Positions 1-9,586 of a stretch of DNA of 20,000 nucleotides are shown one piece after another. The notes under the pieces are model-generated. The model saw only the letters and a list, made by a program, of their open reading frames with translations. It was not told the origin of the DNA and did no database searches. Origin of the DNA: Chiloscyllium plagiosum (Eukaryota). Where the stretch lies: NCBI RefSeq assembly GCF_004010195.1, contig NC_057749.1, positions 23,952,939 to 23,972,938 on the forward strand, written 5' to 3'. Position numbers and translations under genes: made by a program. Numbering within the stretch: the first letter of the stretch is position 1; each line of letters begins with the position of its first letter.

Positions 1-19
1 AGCCTGCTCATCATTTTGA

Positions 20-208
20 ACGCCTCTGGCAGGAATCCTCCCAGCCACCTTCTCTCCAAGGAGAACAGTCCCAACTTCTTCAATCAATCAGCATCAGTAA
101 AGTTTCTCATCCCCGGATTTATTCTTGTAACTCCTGTCTGCCTGCTGTCCAATGCATTCACATCTTTCCTATAATTGTCACGCCCACAACTGTGCATAAT
201 ACTCGAGC
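20..208 (-). mobile_element. CR1 LINE ORF2 3' fragment (decayed)
   Basis: Reverse complement (gagtattatgcacagttgtgggcg...tataggaaagatgtgaatgcattgga) resembles the EYxVQFWSPHYRKD region of the CR1 at about 3495-3550. Confidence 0.65.
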
Positions 209-382
209 TGACACGGTCACTCCCACTATCACTCTCTCTCCAACTCTTTCACTCTCAATCTTTCCCTCTCTAACTCTCACTGATACCCTTTCTGTCTCAA
301 GGTCACTTGCTCGCTCTCATTTGCACTTATTCTCATTGTCAGTCACTCACGTTATTTCTTTCTCACTTTTTCTCTCTTTATC

Positions 383-456
383 CCTCTCTCACCCTCTTCC
401 TCTCTCACCCTCTTCCTCTCTCACCCTCTTCCTCTCTCACCCTCTTCCTCTCTCAC
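383..456 (+). repeat. 16-bp tandem repeat (CCTCTCTCACCCTCTT) x ~4.6 within a CT-rich low-complexity tract (~220-500)
   Basis: Units read directly at 383, 399, 415, 431 and a partial unit at 447. Confidence 0.9.
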
Positions 457-593
457 TGTCTTCGGCTCTCACATCCTCTCCCACTCTGTCTCTCTCTGAA
501 TGTGTTTTTATTTTTTTCTCAGTAAAGTTGGTGTGTGTGCGTGTTGTGTGTGTGTGTTGTTTTATATTTCACTGGCTCTCTGCTGTTTCAAAG

Positions 594-721
594 GCTCGAG
601 ATGATATTCTGAATGGATCCCACCCAGTCTCCTTCGAGAAAGCCTGTGAATTCGGGGGCATTCAGGCTCAGATCCAGTTTGGACCCTACTTGGAACACAA
701 GCACAAACCTGGATTTCTTGA
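594..721 (+). CDS. TLN2: Talin-2 coding exon (FERM F2): ARDDILNGSHPVSFEKACEFGGIQAQIQFGPYLEHKHKPGFL(D)
   Basis: Recognisable talin F2 sequence. Acceptor ttcaaAG (592-593) and donor GTgagt (722). 128 nt ending in phase 2, which joins the next exon to form GA+T = Asp. Confidence 0.93.
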
Positions 722-840
722 GTGAGTTTCCGTGTTTTGAGAAGATGCTGTGTGTCAGGGGGACATGGTCTGTTGGGGCCTGCAGGGCAGTGGGGGAGGC
801 AGAGTCAGCCAGCAACCTCGAACTCATGGGGCAGGGATAG

Positions 841-1306
841 TTTTCACATGACGTGCGTGTTGCTGGCTGGGCCCAGCATTTATTGCCCGTCCCAAGTTGC
901 CCCACCAGAAGGTGGGAGCGAGCTGGTCTTCTTGAACCGCTGCAGTCCATGTGCTGTAGGTAGACCCACAATGCCCTTAGGGAGGGAATTCCAGGACTTT
1001 GACCCAGTGAAGGAACGGTGATATATTTCCAAGTCAGGATGGACAGTGGCTTGGAGGGGAATTTGCAGGGAGGTGGTATTCTCAGGTATCCTTTTACATG
1101 GAAATAGTCATGGGTTTGGAAGGTGCTGTCTGAGGATCGTGGGTGAATTTCTGCAGTGTACCTTGGAGGTGGTACACACTGCTGCTACTGAGCGTCAGTG
1201 GTGGAGGGAGTGGATGCTTGTGGACATGGTGCCAATCAGGTGGGGGCTGCTTTTTCCTGGGTGGTTTCAAGCTTCTTAAATATTGCTGGAGCTGCCCCCA
1301 TTCAGG
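841..1306 (-). mobile_element. 3' fragment of a CR1/L2-group LINE (family distinct from the main CR1)
   Basis: Minus strand gives degenerate RT C-terminal words (IHSLHH, GSKSWNSLP). It ends in the tail gggcaataaatgctgg, which is shared with SINE family B. Confidence 0.7.
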
Positions 1307-1374
1307 ATGTGACAGGGATGCATTTCTGACCTGGTCTATGTGTGACTGATGATGACTTTAACTCTCTCTTTCTC

Positions 1375-1414
1375 TGTGTGTGTGTGTGTCTCTCTCTCTC
1401 TCTCTCTCTCTCTC
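1375..1414 (+). repeat. Compound microsatellite (TG)7(TC)13 forming the polypyrimidine tract of the 1428 exon
   Basis: Read directly from the sequence. Confidence 0.95.
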
Positions 1415-1427
1415 ATCTTGTTCTCAG

Positions 1428-1491
1428 TCTGAAGGAGTTCCTGCCGAAGGAGTACATTAAGCAGAGGAATGCAGAGAAGAAGATCTTCCAG
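1428..1491 (+). CDS. TLN2: Talin-2 coding exon (F2): (D)LKEFLPKEYIKQRNAEKKIFQ
   Basis: Acceptor ttctcAG after a (TC)n tract, donor GTatag at 1492, 64 nt. KQRxAEK spacing resembles TLN2 rather than TLN1 (KQKGERK). Missed by the ORF track. Confidence 0.93.
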
Positions 1492-1984
1492 GTATAGCAG
1501 CAGTTTCATTCTGAACTTCCCCAGCATGGTGTAGAGCACCTCTCCGACCAACCCTTTTTCATACAGCAGTAGAGTGAAAGAATATTAGATGTGAAGCCAG
1601 GCGGGGAAGGATGGTAGTGGTACCAATCTTTACGCAGTTCTTCCATTTATTTATAAACTACAAGCACACACCTCTGAATCCAACCCCCCTCCCCCCAGCA
1701 GTTTCAGTTGTGGGTTGTGGGAACCTTCTGTCTTGTAGGCTAATAATTAGTGCCATTGAGCCAGCTCCATGCTCCGACACTCCTGGTATGGCACAGAAGG
1801 TGCCTTGGGAAGGCAGTGGCCTGGGGAAAAGGGGCCAGGATTCACTGGCCTCTGTTTGCTGTGGGCCCTCTTCTCAACAGCATTTTGTTTCCCATTCGCT
1901 TCCTGCGAAACCCTTTCAGACAGTCAGCCTCCAGGGCTTAGGACCATCAGTCACGGCCTCTCGATTGTCAGAGTCAGGGTCCAC

Positions 1985-2134
1985 CATAGAGTTGTACAGT
2001 ATGGAACCAGACCCTTTGGTCCAATTAGTCCATGCTGACCAGGTTCCCCAAACTAAATTAGTCCCATTTACCTGCATTTGGCCCATAACCCTCTAAACCT
2101 TTCCTGTTCATGTACCTGTCAAATGTCTTTTAAA
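1985..2134 (-). mobile_element. CR1 3' end, left part (interrupted by the + strand CR1; resumes at ~3999-4052)
   Basis: Collinear with the uninterrupted copy at 10636-10830 (gaccctttggtccaa...caaatgtctttta|aactgtacc..catccaccac). Confidence 0.8.
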
Positions 2135-2171
2135 CCTGATCTGGTTCGTTGCCAAGCACCAAACCACTTTG

Positions 2172-3998
2172 GTGAGGAGCAAGGGGACGGCCAGAGTGAG
2201 GGTAGGGCCGATCCAGGTATAGTGGAGGGAACTTGTGTCTGGAGTCGGAGGAGGTAGTATTTGCTTCAGTATTCACTACTGAGAGGGACCTTGTCGTTTG
2301 TGGATGTGGTGCCAATCAACCAGGAGCTGCTTTGTCCTGGATGGTGTCAAGCTTCCTAAACGTTGGAGCTGTCCCCATTCAGGGTGTGACAGGGAGGCAG
2401 GCTGATACACTCAAACAGATTGATGTTAAAAAGGAGGATGTGCTGGAAATTTTGAAAAACATAAGGATAAATAAGTCCTCTGTGCAGGTCAGGATGTATC
2501 CAAGATTACTACGTGAAGTGAGGGAAGAGATTGCTGCACTTTTGGTGATGATCTTTGTATCCTCACTGTACACTGGAGCAGTACCGGATAATTGGAGGGT
2601 GGCAAATGTCATTCCCTTGTTCAAGAATGGGAATAAAGATAACCCTGGGAATTACAGACCAGTCAGTCGTATGTCGGTGGCAAACAAATTATTGGAGAGG
2701 ATTCTGAGAGACAGGATTTAAGATTATTTGGAAAAGCATAGTTTGATTAGAGATAGTCAGCATGGCTTTGTCAGGGGCAGGTCATGCCTCACAAGCTTTA
2801 TTGAATTCTTTGAAGATGTGACAAAACACATTGATGAAGGAAGAGCAGTGGATGTGGTGCATATGGATTTTAGCAAGGCATTTGATAAGGTTCCCCATGA
2901 TAGGCTCATTCAGAAAATCAGGAAGCATGGGATACAGGGAAATTTGGCTGTCTGGATACAGAATTGGCTGGCCCATGAAAGGTGGTAATAGATGGAAAGT
3001 ATTCAGCCTGGAGCTTGGTGACCCCAGTGGTGTCCCGCAGGAATCTGTTCTGGGACCTCTGGTGTTTGTGTTGTTTATGAATGACTTGGATGAGGAAGTG
3101 GAAGGGTGGGTTAGTAAGTTTGCCAAATGACAAGAAGGTTGATGGAGTTGTGGATAGTGTGGAAGGCTGTTGTAGGTTACAGCAGGACATTGACAAGATG
3201 CAGAGCTGGGCTGGTAAGTGGCAGATGGCGTTCAACCTGAAAAATTGTGAAGTAATTCATTTTGGAAGGTTGAATTTGATTGCAGATTACAGGGTCCAAC
3301 GCAGGAATTTTGGCAGTGTGGGAAGAAGAGGGATCTTGGGGTCCACGTCCATAGATCCCTCAAAATTGCCACCCAAGTTGATAGGGTTGTTAAGAAGGCG
3401 TATTTTGTGTTAGCTTTCATTAGCAGGGGGATTGAGTTTAAGAGCCGCAAGGTTATCCTGCAGCTCTATAAAGTCCCAGTTAGACCACACTTGGAATATC
3501 GTGTGCAGTTCTGGTCGCCTCATTATAGGAAGGATTTGGAAGCTTTAGAGAGGGGTGCAGAGGAGATTTACCAGGAGTCTGAAATGGAGGGCATGTCTTT
3601 GGAAGAAAGATTGAGGAAGCTAGGACTTTTCTCATTGGAGTGAAGAAGGATGAGATGTGACTTGATAGTTGTACAAGATGATGAGAGGCATAAATAGAGT
3701 GGGTAGCGAGAGACATTTTCCCAGGGTGGAAATGGCTATCATGAGGGGATTAATTATAAGGTGATTGGAGGAAGTTTTAGGAGAGATGTCAGAGGTAGGT
3801 TCTCTACACAGAGAGTGGTGGGTGTGTGGAATGATCTGCCAGCGGTGGGAGTAGAGTCAGTTATGTTAGGCACATTTAAGCGACTCTTAGGAACATGGAT
3901 GATAGTCAAATGTTGGGTATGTAGGTTAGTTTGATCTTAGAGTAGGATAGAAGTAACGCATAACATTGTGGGCCGAAGGTCTTGTACTGTTCTATGTA
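2172..3998 (+). mobile_element. 5'-truncated CR1 LINE, ORF2 reverse transcriptase pseudogene plus 3' UTR
   Basis: Motifs WRVANVIPLFK, PGNYRPVS, QHGFVRGRSCLT, MDFSKAFDKVPH, GVPQESVLGP and VRPHLEYRVQFWSP. There is a stop at 2719-2721, frameshifts near 2985 and 3125 (the FADD catalytic motif is disrupted), and a CR1-type tail gggccgaagg...tgttctatgt. Confidence 0.93.
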
Positions 3999-4124
3999 TT
4001 GTAACTGTACCTGCATCCACCACTTCCTCTGGCAGTCTGTTCCGTATACACTCAGATCTTCTTTGCTTGCTTGCATGATGTTCTTGTAACAGAGGTGTGG
4101 ACTCCAGCAGATCATGGCCCACTG

Positions 4125-4347
4125 GCCCTATCCCCGAACTCACCCAACCTGCTCATCCCTGGACTGTAGGGAAGAATTTTTAGCACGGCCAGTCCACCTA
4201 AGCTGTCCATCTTTGGACTGTGAGAGGGAACCCACACAGACACGGGGAGAATGTGCAGTCTCCACACAGACAGTCACCCGAGGCTGGAATCAAACCCGGG
4301 TCCCTGGCGCTGTGAGGCAGCAGTGCTAACCACTGAGCCACCGTGCC
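4125..4347 (-). mobile_element. HE1/V-SINE-like tRNA-derived SINE
   Basis: Minus strand reads ggcacggtggctcagtggttagcactgctgcctcacagcgccagggacccgggtttgattcc (pol III A/B boxes). Homologous to four other copies in the window. Confidence 0.85.
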
Positions 4348-4486
4348 ATTTAGCGAGATGAAAGAAGAGGAGTGGAGAGTGCGAAATGGTCAGGAAAAAT
4401 TAGCAGGAAGGGAGTTATTACCCAAAGAAGTGAAACAAAAATTGCTTCAACGAATACTTATTTTCTGATCTGGTTCCTTACACTAG

Positions 4487-4591
4487 GAACACAAGAACTG
4501 CGGGGAAATGACTGAGATTGAAGCAAAAGTTAAATATGTTAAGTTGGCTCGCTCGCTCCGAACCTATGGGGTGTCATTCTTTTTGGTGAAG
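4487..4591 (+). CDS. TLN2: Talin-2 coding exon (F2/F3): EHKNCGEMTEIEAKVKYVKLARSLRTYGVSFFLVK
   Basis: Acceptor cactAG, donor GTaaga at 4592, 105 nt, phase 0/0. Talin motif YVKLARSLxTYGVSFFLVK. Confidence 0.95.
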
Positions 4592-4833
4592 GTAAGAATT
4601 TTGCTTGCTTGCCCAGTTTTCATGTGCTTTCGGTGACCAGCTGCACTCAGTTTGTGAAAAAGTGAGAGTTGTTGTTGCGTGTGTCAAGCATTCAGCAAGC
4701 ATTCAGTGACCAACACTCGAAGCTATCATTCCTGGACATAGTGCTCCCTGAACTTGTCTGTTGGGTAAAGTGATTGAGTTGTTGGGAGCTGAAACACAAA
4801 AGTGATATTATTGAACACAGTACAGAAATTTCC

Positions 4834-5421
4834 ATTTATTCATTCATGAGATAAAGGCATCGCAGGCTAGCCCAGCATTTATTGCTCATCCCTTATTGCC
4901 CAGAGGCAGTTAAGAGTCAACCACATTGCTGTGGGTCTGGAGTCACATGTAGGCCAGACCAGGTAAGGATAGCAGTTTCCCTCCCTAAAGGACATTACTG
5001 AACCAAATGGGTTTTTTTCTGACAATCGACAATGGATTTGTAGTCATCATTAGTCTCTTAATTCCAGATTATTTTACTGAATTCAAATTCTGCCATGGCA
5101 GGATTTGAACCCGGGTCCCTAGAACATTACCAGGGTTTCTGGATTAACGCAAACGAAAAGAAAAATTGCTGGAAAAGCTCAGCAGGTCTGGCAGCGTCTG
5201 TGGAGAGAAATCAGAGTTAACGTTTCAGGTTGAGTGACCTTTCCTCGGAATTGACCCGAACGAACTCTGATTCCTTTCCACAGGTGGCCAAACCTGCTGA
5301 GGTTGTCCAACAATTTCTGTTTTTGTTTCTGATTTACGGCATCCGCAGTCCTTTCAGTTTTTATTTTGTATTTTTCTCTGGATTGACAGTCCATCGATAA
5401 TCCCACTAGGCCGTCGCTCCC
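4834..5421 (-). mobile_element. tRNA-derived SINE family B, interrupted by a Penelope-derived element at 5149-5376
   Basis: Shares the core ggtctggagtcacatgtaggccagaccaggtaa with 16110-16392 and (inverted) 13885-14230. B-box gggttcaaatcc on the minus strand. The head resumes at 5388. Confidence 0.8.
5149..5376 (+). mobile_element. Palindromic non-autonomous element, probably Penelope-derived, with hammerhead-like core
   Basis: Inverted arms (aaattgctggaaaagctcagcaggtctgg / ccaaacctgctgaggttgtccaacaattt). 11-bp TSD tctggattaac (5138-5148) / tctggattgac (5377-5387). Confidence 0.75.
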
Positions 5422-5429
5422 CGATAAAT

Positions 5430-5985
5430 GAAAACAGAAGGAGATGATTCTGCCCATCGAATTTGCTGTGCCATTGGAAATGATCATAACTGACCTTTGA
5501 CTTCGGCTTCTCTTTCCCCTCCAGTCTCCATGTCTCTCAGTTCCCTGAGACATCAAAGACATTGCTTATTGTAGTCTTTAATGTAGTGAACGAGTGAGCA
5601 CCTAATCTCCAGTGGGGTAGAGAGTTCCAAAGAACCTCACCCCTTTTGATCAAGTACAACTTGTTCAGCTATAACGCGCATTTCATTAACACTAATTCAC
5701 CGTAACACAATTGAATAAATGGGGACGCTGTTTCTAAAGCTCAAACGTTTAAAACGTGTGTTGGCTGTAATGCGATTACATCACCGACGCTTGGAACGCT
5801 GTTCCTAAAGTACAATTTTTCTGTAATGCGGGGATGCACAAGAATGCAGCCATTGCGTTATAGAAAAGCTATCTGTAACTTCTCCTCGCCTCGGTTGTAA
5901 ATGATTGACTCTTTATCATGAGGCAGTGGCCTCTATGTTACAATGGAAACCATCTCTGAGTCAACCCGATTAAGCCCCCACAGAG
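5430..5985 (-). mobile_element. Old CR1 3' fragment, split by a MITE
   Basis: CR1-like words (ggtagagagttccaaaga...ttctcctc) are continuous across the 5657-5875 insertion. Highly diverged. Confidence 0.5.
5657..5875. mobile_element. Tc1/mariner (Tigger/pogo-like) MITE
   Basis: TA on both sides (5655-56, 5876-77). Imperfect 21-bp TIRs (14/21) with a perfect inner CTATAACGC/GCGTTATAG. Confidence 0.65.
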
Positions 5986-6001
5986 TGGACTGTAAATCTT
6001 G

Positions 6002-6034
6002 CTCTGTCTCTCTCTCTCTCTCTGTCTCTCTCTC
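6002..6034 (+). repeat. Imperfect (TC)n microsatellite
   Basis: Read directly from the sequence. Confidence 0.9.
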
Positions 6035-6266
6035 CAGAATAACCAAAAATGAGATATGATTTCTGTAATAATTTAAATTTAATTGTTGTTACCGATTGCT
6101 AACCTTGTTGGTTGAAACCCTGAATGGAAGTCTGGCTGAACAGTTGGGTGCAGCTGTTACCTGGGTCTACGTTTGGAGTTGGAGATCACAATTGGTTCTT
6201 CAGAAATAAGCATGTTTCAGCAATGCCAGTCACCAATTTCACTCACTGATGTCCTTCTGAGCAGTA

Positions 6267-6533
6267 GGGGATTCCTGTAACGTACTGGTAGTGTCCCTAC
6301 CTCTGAGCCAAAAGGCTTGTTCAAGTTCCAATTGCTCCAGAAGTAGAGAACAATATTTCTGAGCAGGTTGATGACAAAAGGTCTGTAATAAATGGATGCG
6401 TTGTTAAATTAATATTTGAGGGCTCTTGTGGTGTAGTGGTTGTGTCCCTACCTCTGGACCAAGAGGCCTAGGCTAAAGTCCCACCTGCTCCAGAAATATG
6501 TCATCATATTTCTGAACAGGAAGTTTTGAAAAT
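6267..6533 (+). mobile_element. Two head-to-tail copies of a short tRNA-derived SINE-like unit (~6267-6379 and ~6420-6533)
   Basis: Shared blocks tgtccctacctctg, tgctccagaa and atatttctga. A-box-like tggtgtagtgg and B-box-like gttcaagttcc. Confidence 0.6.
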
Positions 6534-6583
6534 CTCTCTCTCGGGACAGTCTTACTTAATTGCACTGTTTTTAATCCTTTACT

Positions 6584-6887
6584 TGATTGATTAGGTTAAA
6601 TTCCCTACAGTGTGGAGACAGGCCCTTTGGCCCAACCAGTCTACACCCACCCTCCAAACAGTAACCCACCCAGACCCATTTCCCTCTGACCAATGCACCG
6701 AACACTGTGGGCAAATTAGCATGGCCAATTCACCTGACCTGTACATCTTTGGATTGTGGAAGGAAACCCACACAGACACTGGAAGAATGTGCAAACTCCA
6801 CACAGACAGGCGCCTGAGGCTGCAACCGAACCTGGGGCCCTCATGCTGTGAGACAGCAGTGCTAACCACTGAGCCACCGTGCCACCC
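6584..6887 (-). mobile_element. HE1/V-SINE-like SINE, full length
   Basis: tRNA-like head (ggcacggtggctcagtggttagcac on the minus strand) and CR1-type tail (gggccaaagggcctgtctccacactgtaggg). Confidence 0.88.
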
Positions 6888-7061
6888 GCTTCTTGGCCCA
6901 TCATTAAGCTGAGCCAAGTCTGTGCCAAGCAATAAATTTCCTTCAGTCTGTACTGTCATTGACCCAAACCCTCATCTTAGCCAAACTGTCTGGTTCCAGT
7001 CTTAGGCCTCCTTTTCCCTCATCGTGGGTTCGGTGATGATAATGCCATTGAAAAGATTCAA

Positions 7062-7453
7062 GGCAAGGAGACTGGCCTTACTTTCCTTGGACCAGTGAAG
7101 ACTATGAGATGACGTTATTGAGATGTTCAAAATTATGAAAGATTTTCAGAGCATTAAGAAGGATATTCTGTTTCTATGAGTTGGTGTGTCAATAACTATT
7201 TAAAGAGAGAGCTAGGAGTGAGATGAGGAGAAATTTCTTCATTCACAGAATTGTTACGATTTGGAATATGCTGCCTGGGAGATTGGGGGTGGCTGATTCC
7301 AGAAGAGAGCTGGATACATATTTAAACATGGTGAAGGTTAGAGAGCTATGGAGATAGGGCTGGAGAGTGGGGCTAGCTGGCTCGCTCCTTCAGGAGCCGG
7401 TAAAAACATGATGGGTGGATTGGCCACCTTTCGTACTGTAACATTTGATGATT
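7062..7453 (+). mobile_element. Old CR1 3' fragment
   Basis: Resembles 3615-3990 (ttccttggaccagtgaagactatgagatgacgttattgagatgttcaaaattatga; gagaaatttcttcattcacagaattgtt). Confidence 0.6.
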
Positions 7454-7715
7454 CCACGATCATTTCTGTGCCCAGGGTCTTGATTTCAGAGAAGGGCCCA
7501 TTGCTGCTGTCTGCAAGGTCTGATGGGAGGAAGTGATGGGGTGGACTTTGCTCCTGAAGAGTCAGGTGGGGTGGTCAACCATCTTTACTGCAAATGGACG
7601 GGGCAGTTCACTGAACGGGCAATCCCATCCATTGTATTTGGAAAATCTAAAAGATTGGCACTAGTGTCATGTTGGGTGAATCTTTACATATGAATGGCAT
7701 TTCCTTTCCTTTTAG

Positions 7716-7871
7716 GAAAAAATGAAGGGGAAGAACAAGTTAGTACCTCGACTTCTGGGCATTACCAAGGATTCCGTGATGCGTGTCGATGAAAAGACCA
7801 AAGAAGTGATGCAAGAGTGGCCACTCACAACTGTCAAACGCTGGGCTGCTTCTCCAAAGAGTTTCACTCTG
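7716..7871 (+). CDS. TLN2: Talin-2 coding exon (F3, integrin-binding PTB-like subdomain): EKMKGKNKLVPRLLGITKDSVMRVDEKTKEVMQEWPLTTVKRWAASPKSFTL
   Basis: Acceptor ccttttAG, donor GTagga at 7872, 156 nt. Motifs MKGKNKLVP and RWAASPKSF, plus TLN2-type TKDS and WPLTTVKR. Confidence 0.96.
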
Positions 7872-8227
7872 GTAGGATACTGGGGAAGAGGTTGTTCTCA
7901 CTGCCTAGAGTTGCTGAGCTTTTTGTTAGTGAATGAGCCGGCTTGCTCACAGAGAGGTCATGAAAGCTGAGAAGCCCCTTATGCTTTTGTTTTCCCAGAT
8001 AATGGGGGCACTGTATGAAGCAGAACCTAATCCCAGAAACCTGGGAGATCCCAGAGAGTTTGATCAGCTCCAGCAGATCTCCAAAGACCCATTCCTTGGG
8101 TTCTCAGCTCCTTTAAGCGCGACATCCACGATTACATCTCTGGGATCTTCTTAGTGCCTTCTTCATCAGTCTATCTGTGAGGGGCCCCAATATAGGAATG
8201 GGGCAACGGGATGATTCCCCATCAATT

Positions 8228-8564
8228 ATAGAATTCCCACAGTGTGGGAGCAGTCAATTCAGCCCATTGGGTCCACACCGGCCCTCCGAGAAACTTGTCA
8301 CCCAGACCCAATCTCCTACCCTATCCCTGTAGTCCTGCATTTCCCATGGTTGACCCATCCAGCCTCCACATCCTTGGACAACATGGGACAATTTCACACG
8401 GCCAATCCACCTAACCTGCACATCTTTGGACTGTGGGAGGACATCCACACAGACACAGGGAGAACGTGCAAGATTCACACAGACAGTTGCCCGAGGCTGG
8501 GATGGAACCCATATCCCTGGCGCTGTGAGGCAGCAGTACTAACCACCGATCCACCGTGCTGCCC
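8228..8564 (-). mobile_element. HE1/V-SINE-like SINE, full length
   Basis: Homologous to 6584-6887. Confidence 0.85.
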
Positions 8565-8890
8565 TTAGGAATAGTCAGTCCCTGCCTACCTTTAGCTTGC
8601 TGTTGTCCAAGGAGAGACGGTTGCCATGGCGATTGGGAATGATGGGAGGTTTGTGCTATATCGGAGGCCACAGCTGTACAGAGCAGGTACAGCCACGGTG
8701 AAGCCAACCCTGGAACAGAATCAGTCTTTGGACCCAAGAATGCAGTGAGCACATTCACTTGAAGTGCTTGTCCTCATGGATTGTTTGTGCCAACTTGTGC
8801 ACTCTGCAGCTGGCAGAGTGAAGGTTTTAAGCCCTGAGCCACACTGAACCAGATCTGGTCTAACGCTTGGTGTCAAGGGCAGGCATCAGT

Positions 8891-9170
8891 TCATAGAATC
8901 CCTACAGTCTGGATACAGGCCATTTGGAGCAACAACCGACCCTTCGTAGAGTATCCCACCCAGACCCATTCCCTACCCTATTACTCTACATTTTCCCCTG
9001 ACTAATGCACCTAACCTACACATCCCTAAACACTACAGGCAATTTAGCATGGCCAATCCACCCCAACCTGCACATCTTTGGATTGTGGGAGGAAACCGGA
9101 GCATCCAGAGGAAACCCACGCAGAATGGGGAGAATTTGCAAACTCCACACACAGGCAGTTGCCCAAGGTT
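8891..9170 (-). mobile_element. HE1/V-SINE-like SINE lacking the tRNA head
   Basis: Shares ggcaatttagcatggccaatccac...catctttggattgtgg with the other copies and stops before the B box. Confidence 0.85.
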
Positions 9171-9402
9171 GATGATGTGGTTGTCACAGATTGACTGCCT
9201 AGTCACTGTATATCCCGCCATTTGACAGTGGAGGGTGGGGCGAAGTAGGTTACCTTTCCATCCTTTTACAGCCCTACACTTTTGGACAATGTCAAGAATT
9301 GGGAAGTGGCTGACGTTTGGAATGTGGATGTTCTTGAGACAATGCTCCATTTTCACGAGGCTGTTGGTCCAAGTATTCATGAAATTCGGTCTTGCTCTGT
9401 AG

Positions 9403-9504
9403 GATTTTGGAGAGTACCAGGAAAGCTACTATTCGGTTCAGACGACAGAAGGTGAACAGATCTCTCAGCTAATTGCAGGTTATATCGACATCATCCTCAA
9501 GAAG
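9403..9504 (+). CDS. TLN2: Talin-2 coding exon (F3 end): DFGEYQESYYSVQTTEGEQISQLIAGYIDIILKK
   Basis: Acceptor ctctgtAG, donor GTcagt at 9505, 102 nt. Canonical talin F3 C-terminal helix. Confidence 0.96.
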
Positions 9505-9586
9505 GTCAGTACACCTGTCTAGCACAAACTGAAGACTAAAAGGTATGCGACTAATCAAAGTTCATCATTCTAATAACTCGACTGTG

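Noticed and set aside
383..456. Short direct repeats as a CRISPR array
   Set aside because: No spacers, no cas genes, eukaryotic intron context. This is a simple minisatellite.
192..593. N-terminal 134 aa of the 177-aa ORF (S/L/P-rich, hydrophobic)
   Set aside because: Translation of CT/GT low-complexity intron sequence that happens to be in frame with the talin exon starting at 594.
2233..3643. Reverse-transcriptase ORFs as a functional or domesticated gene, or as a retron/DGR-like system
   Set aside because: Typical vertebrate CR1 ORF2 with a stop, frameshifts, a disrupted catalytic motif and 5' truncation.
4290..4347. tRNA gene (also at the 6830-6887, 8505-8564 and 10365-10447 heads)
   Set aside because: The A/B boxes are embedded in SINE bodies and no complete cloverleaf could be drawn.
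6591..6959. Recurrent similar ORFs (e.g. THTDTGRMCKLHT) at 4114, 6610, 8242 and 12707 as a paralogous small-protein family
   Set aside because: Chance translations of the same SINE, with frames and stops not conserved between copies.
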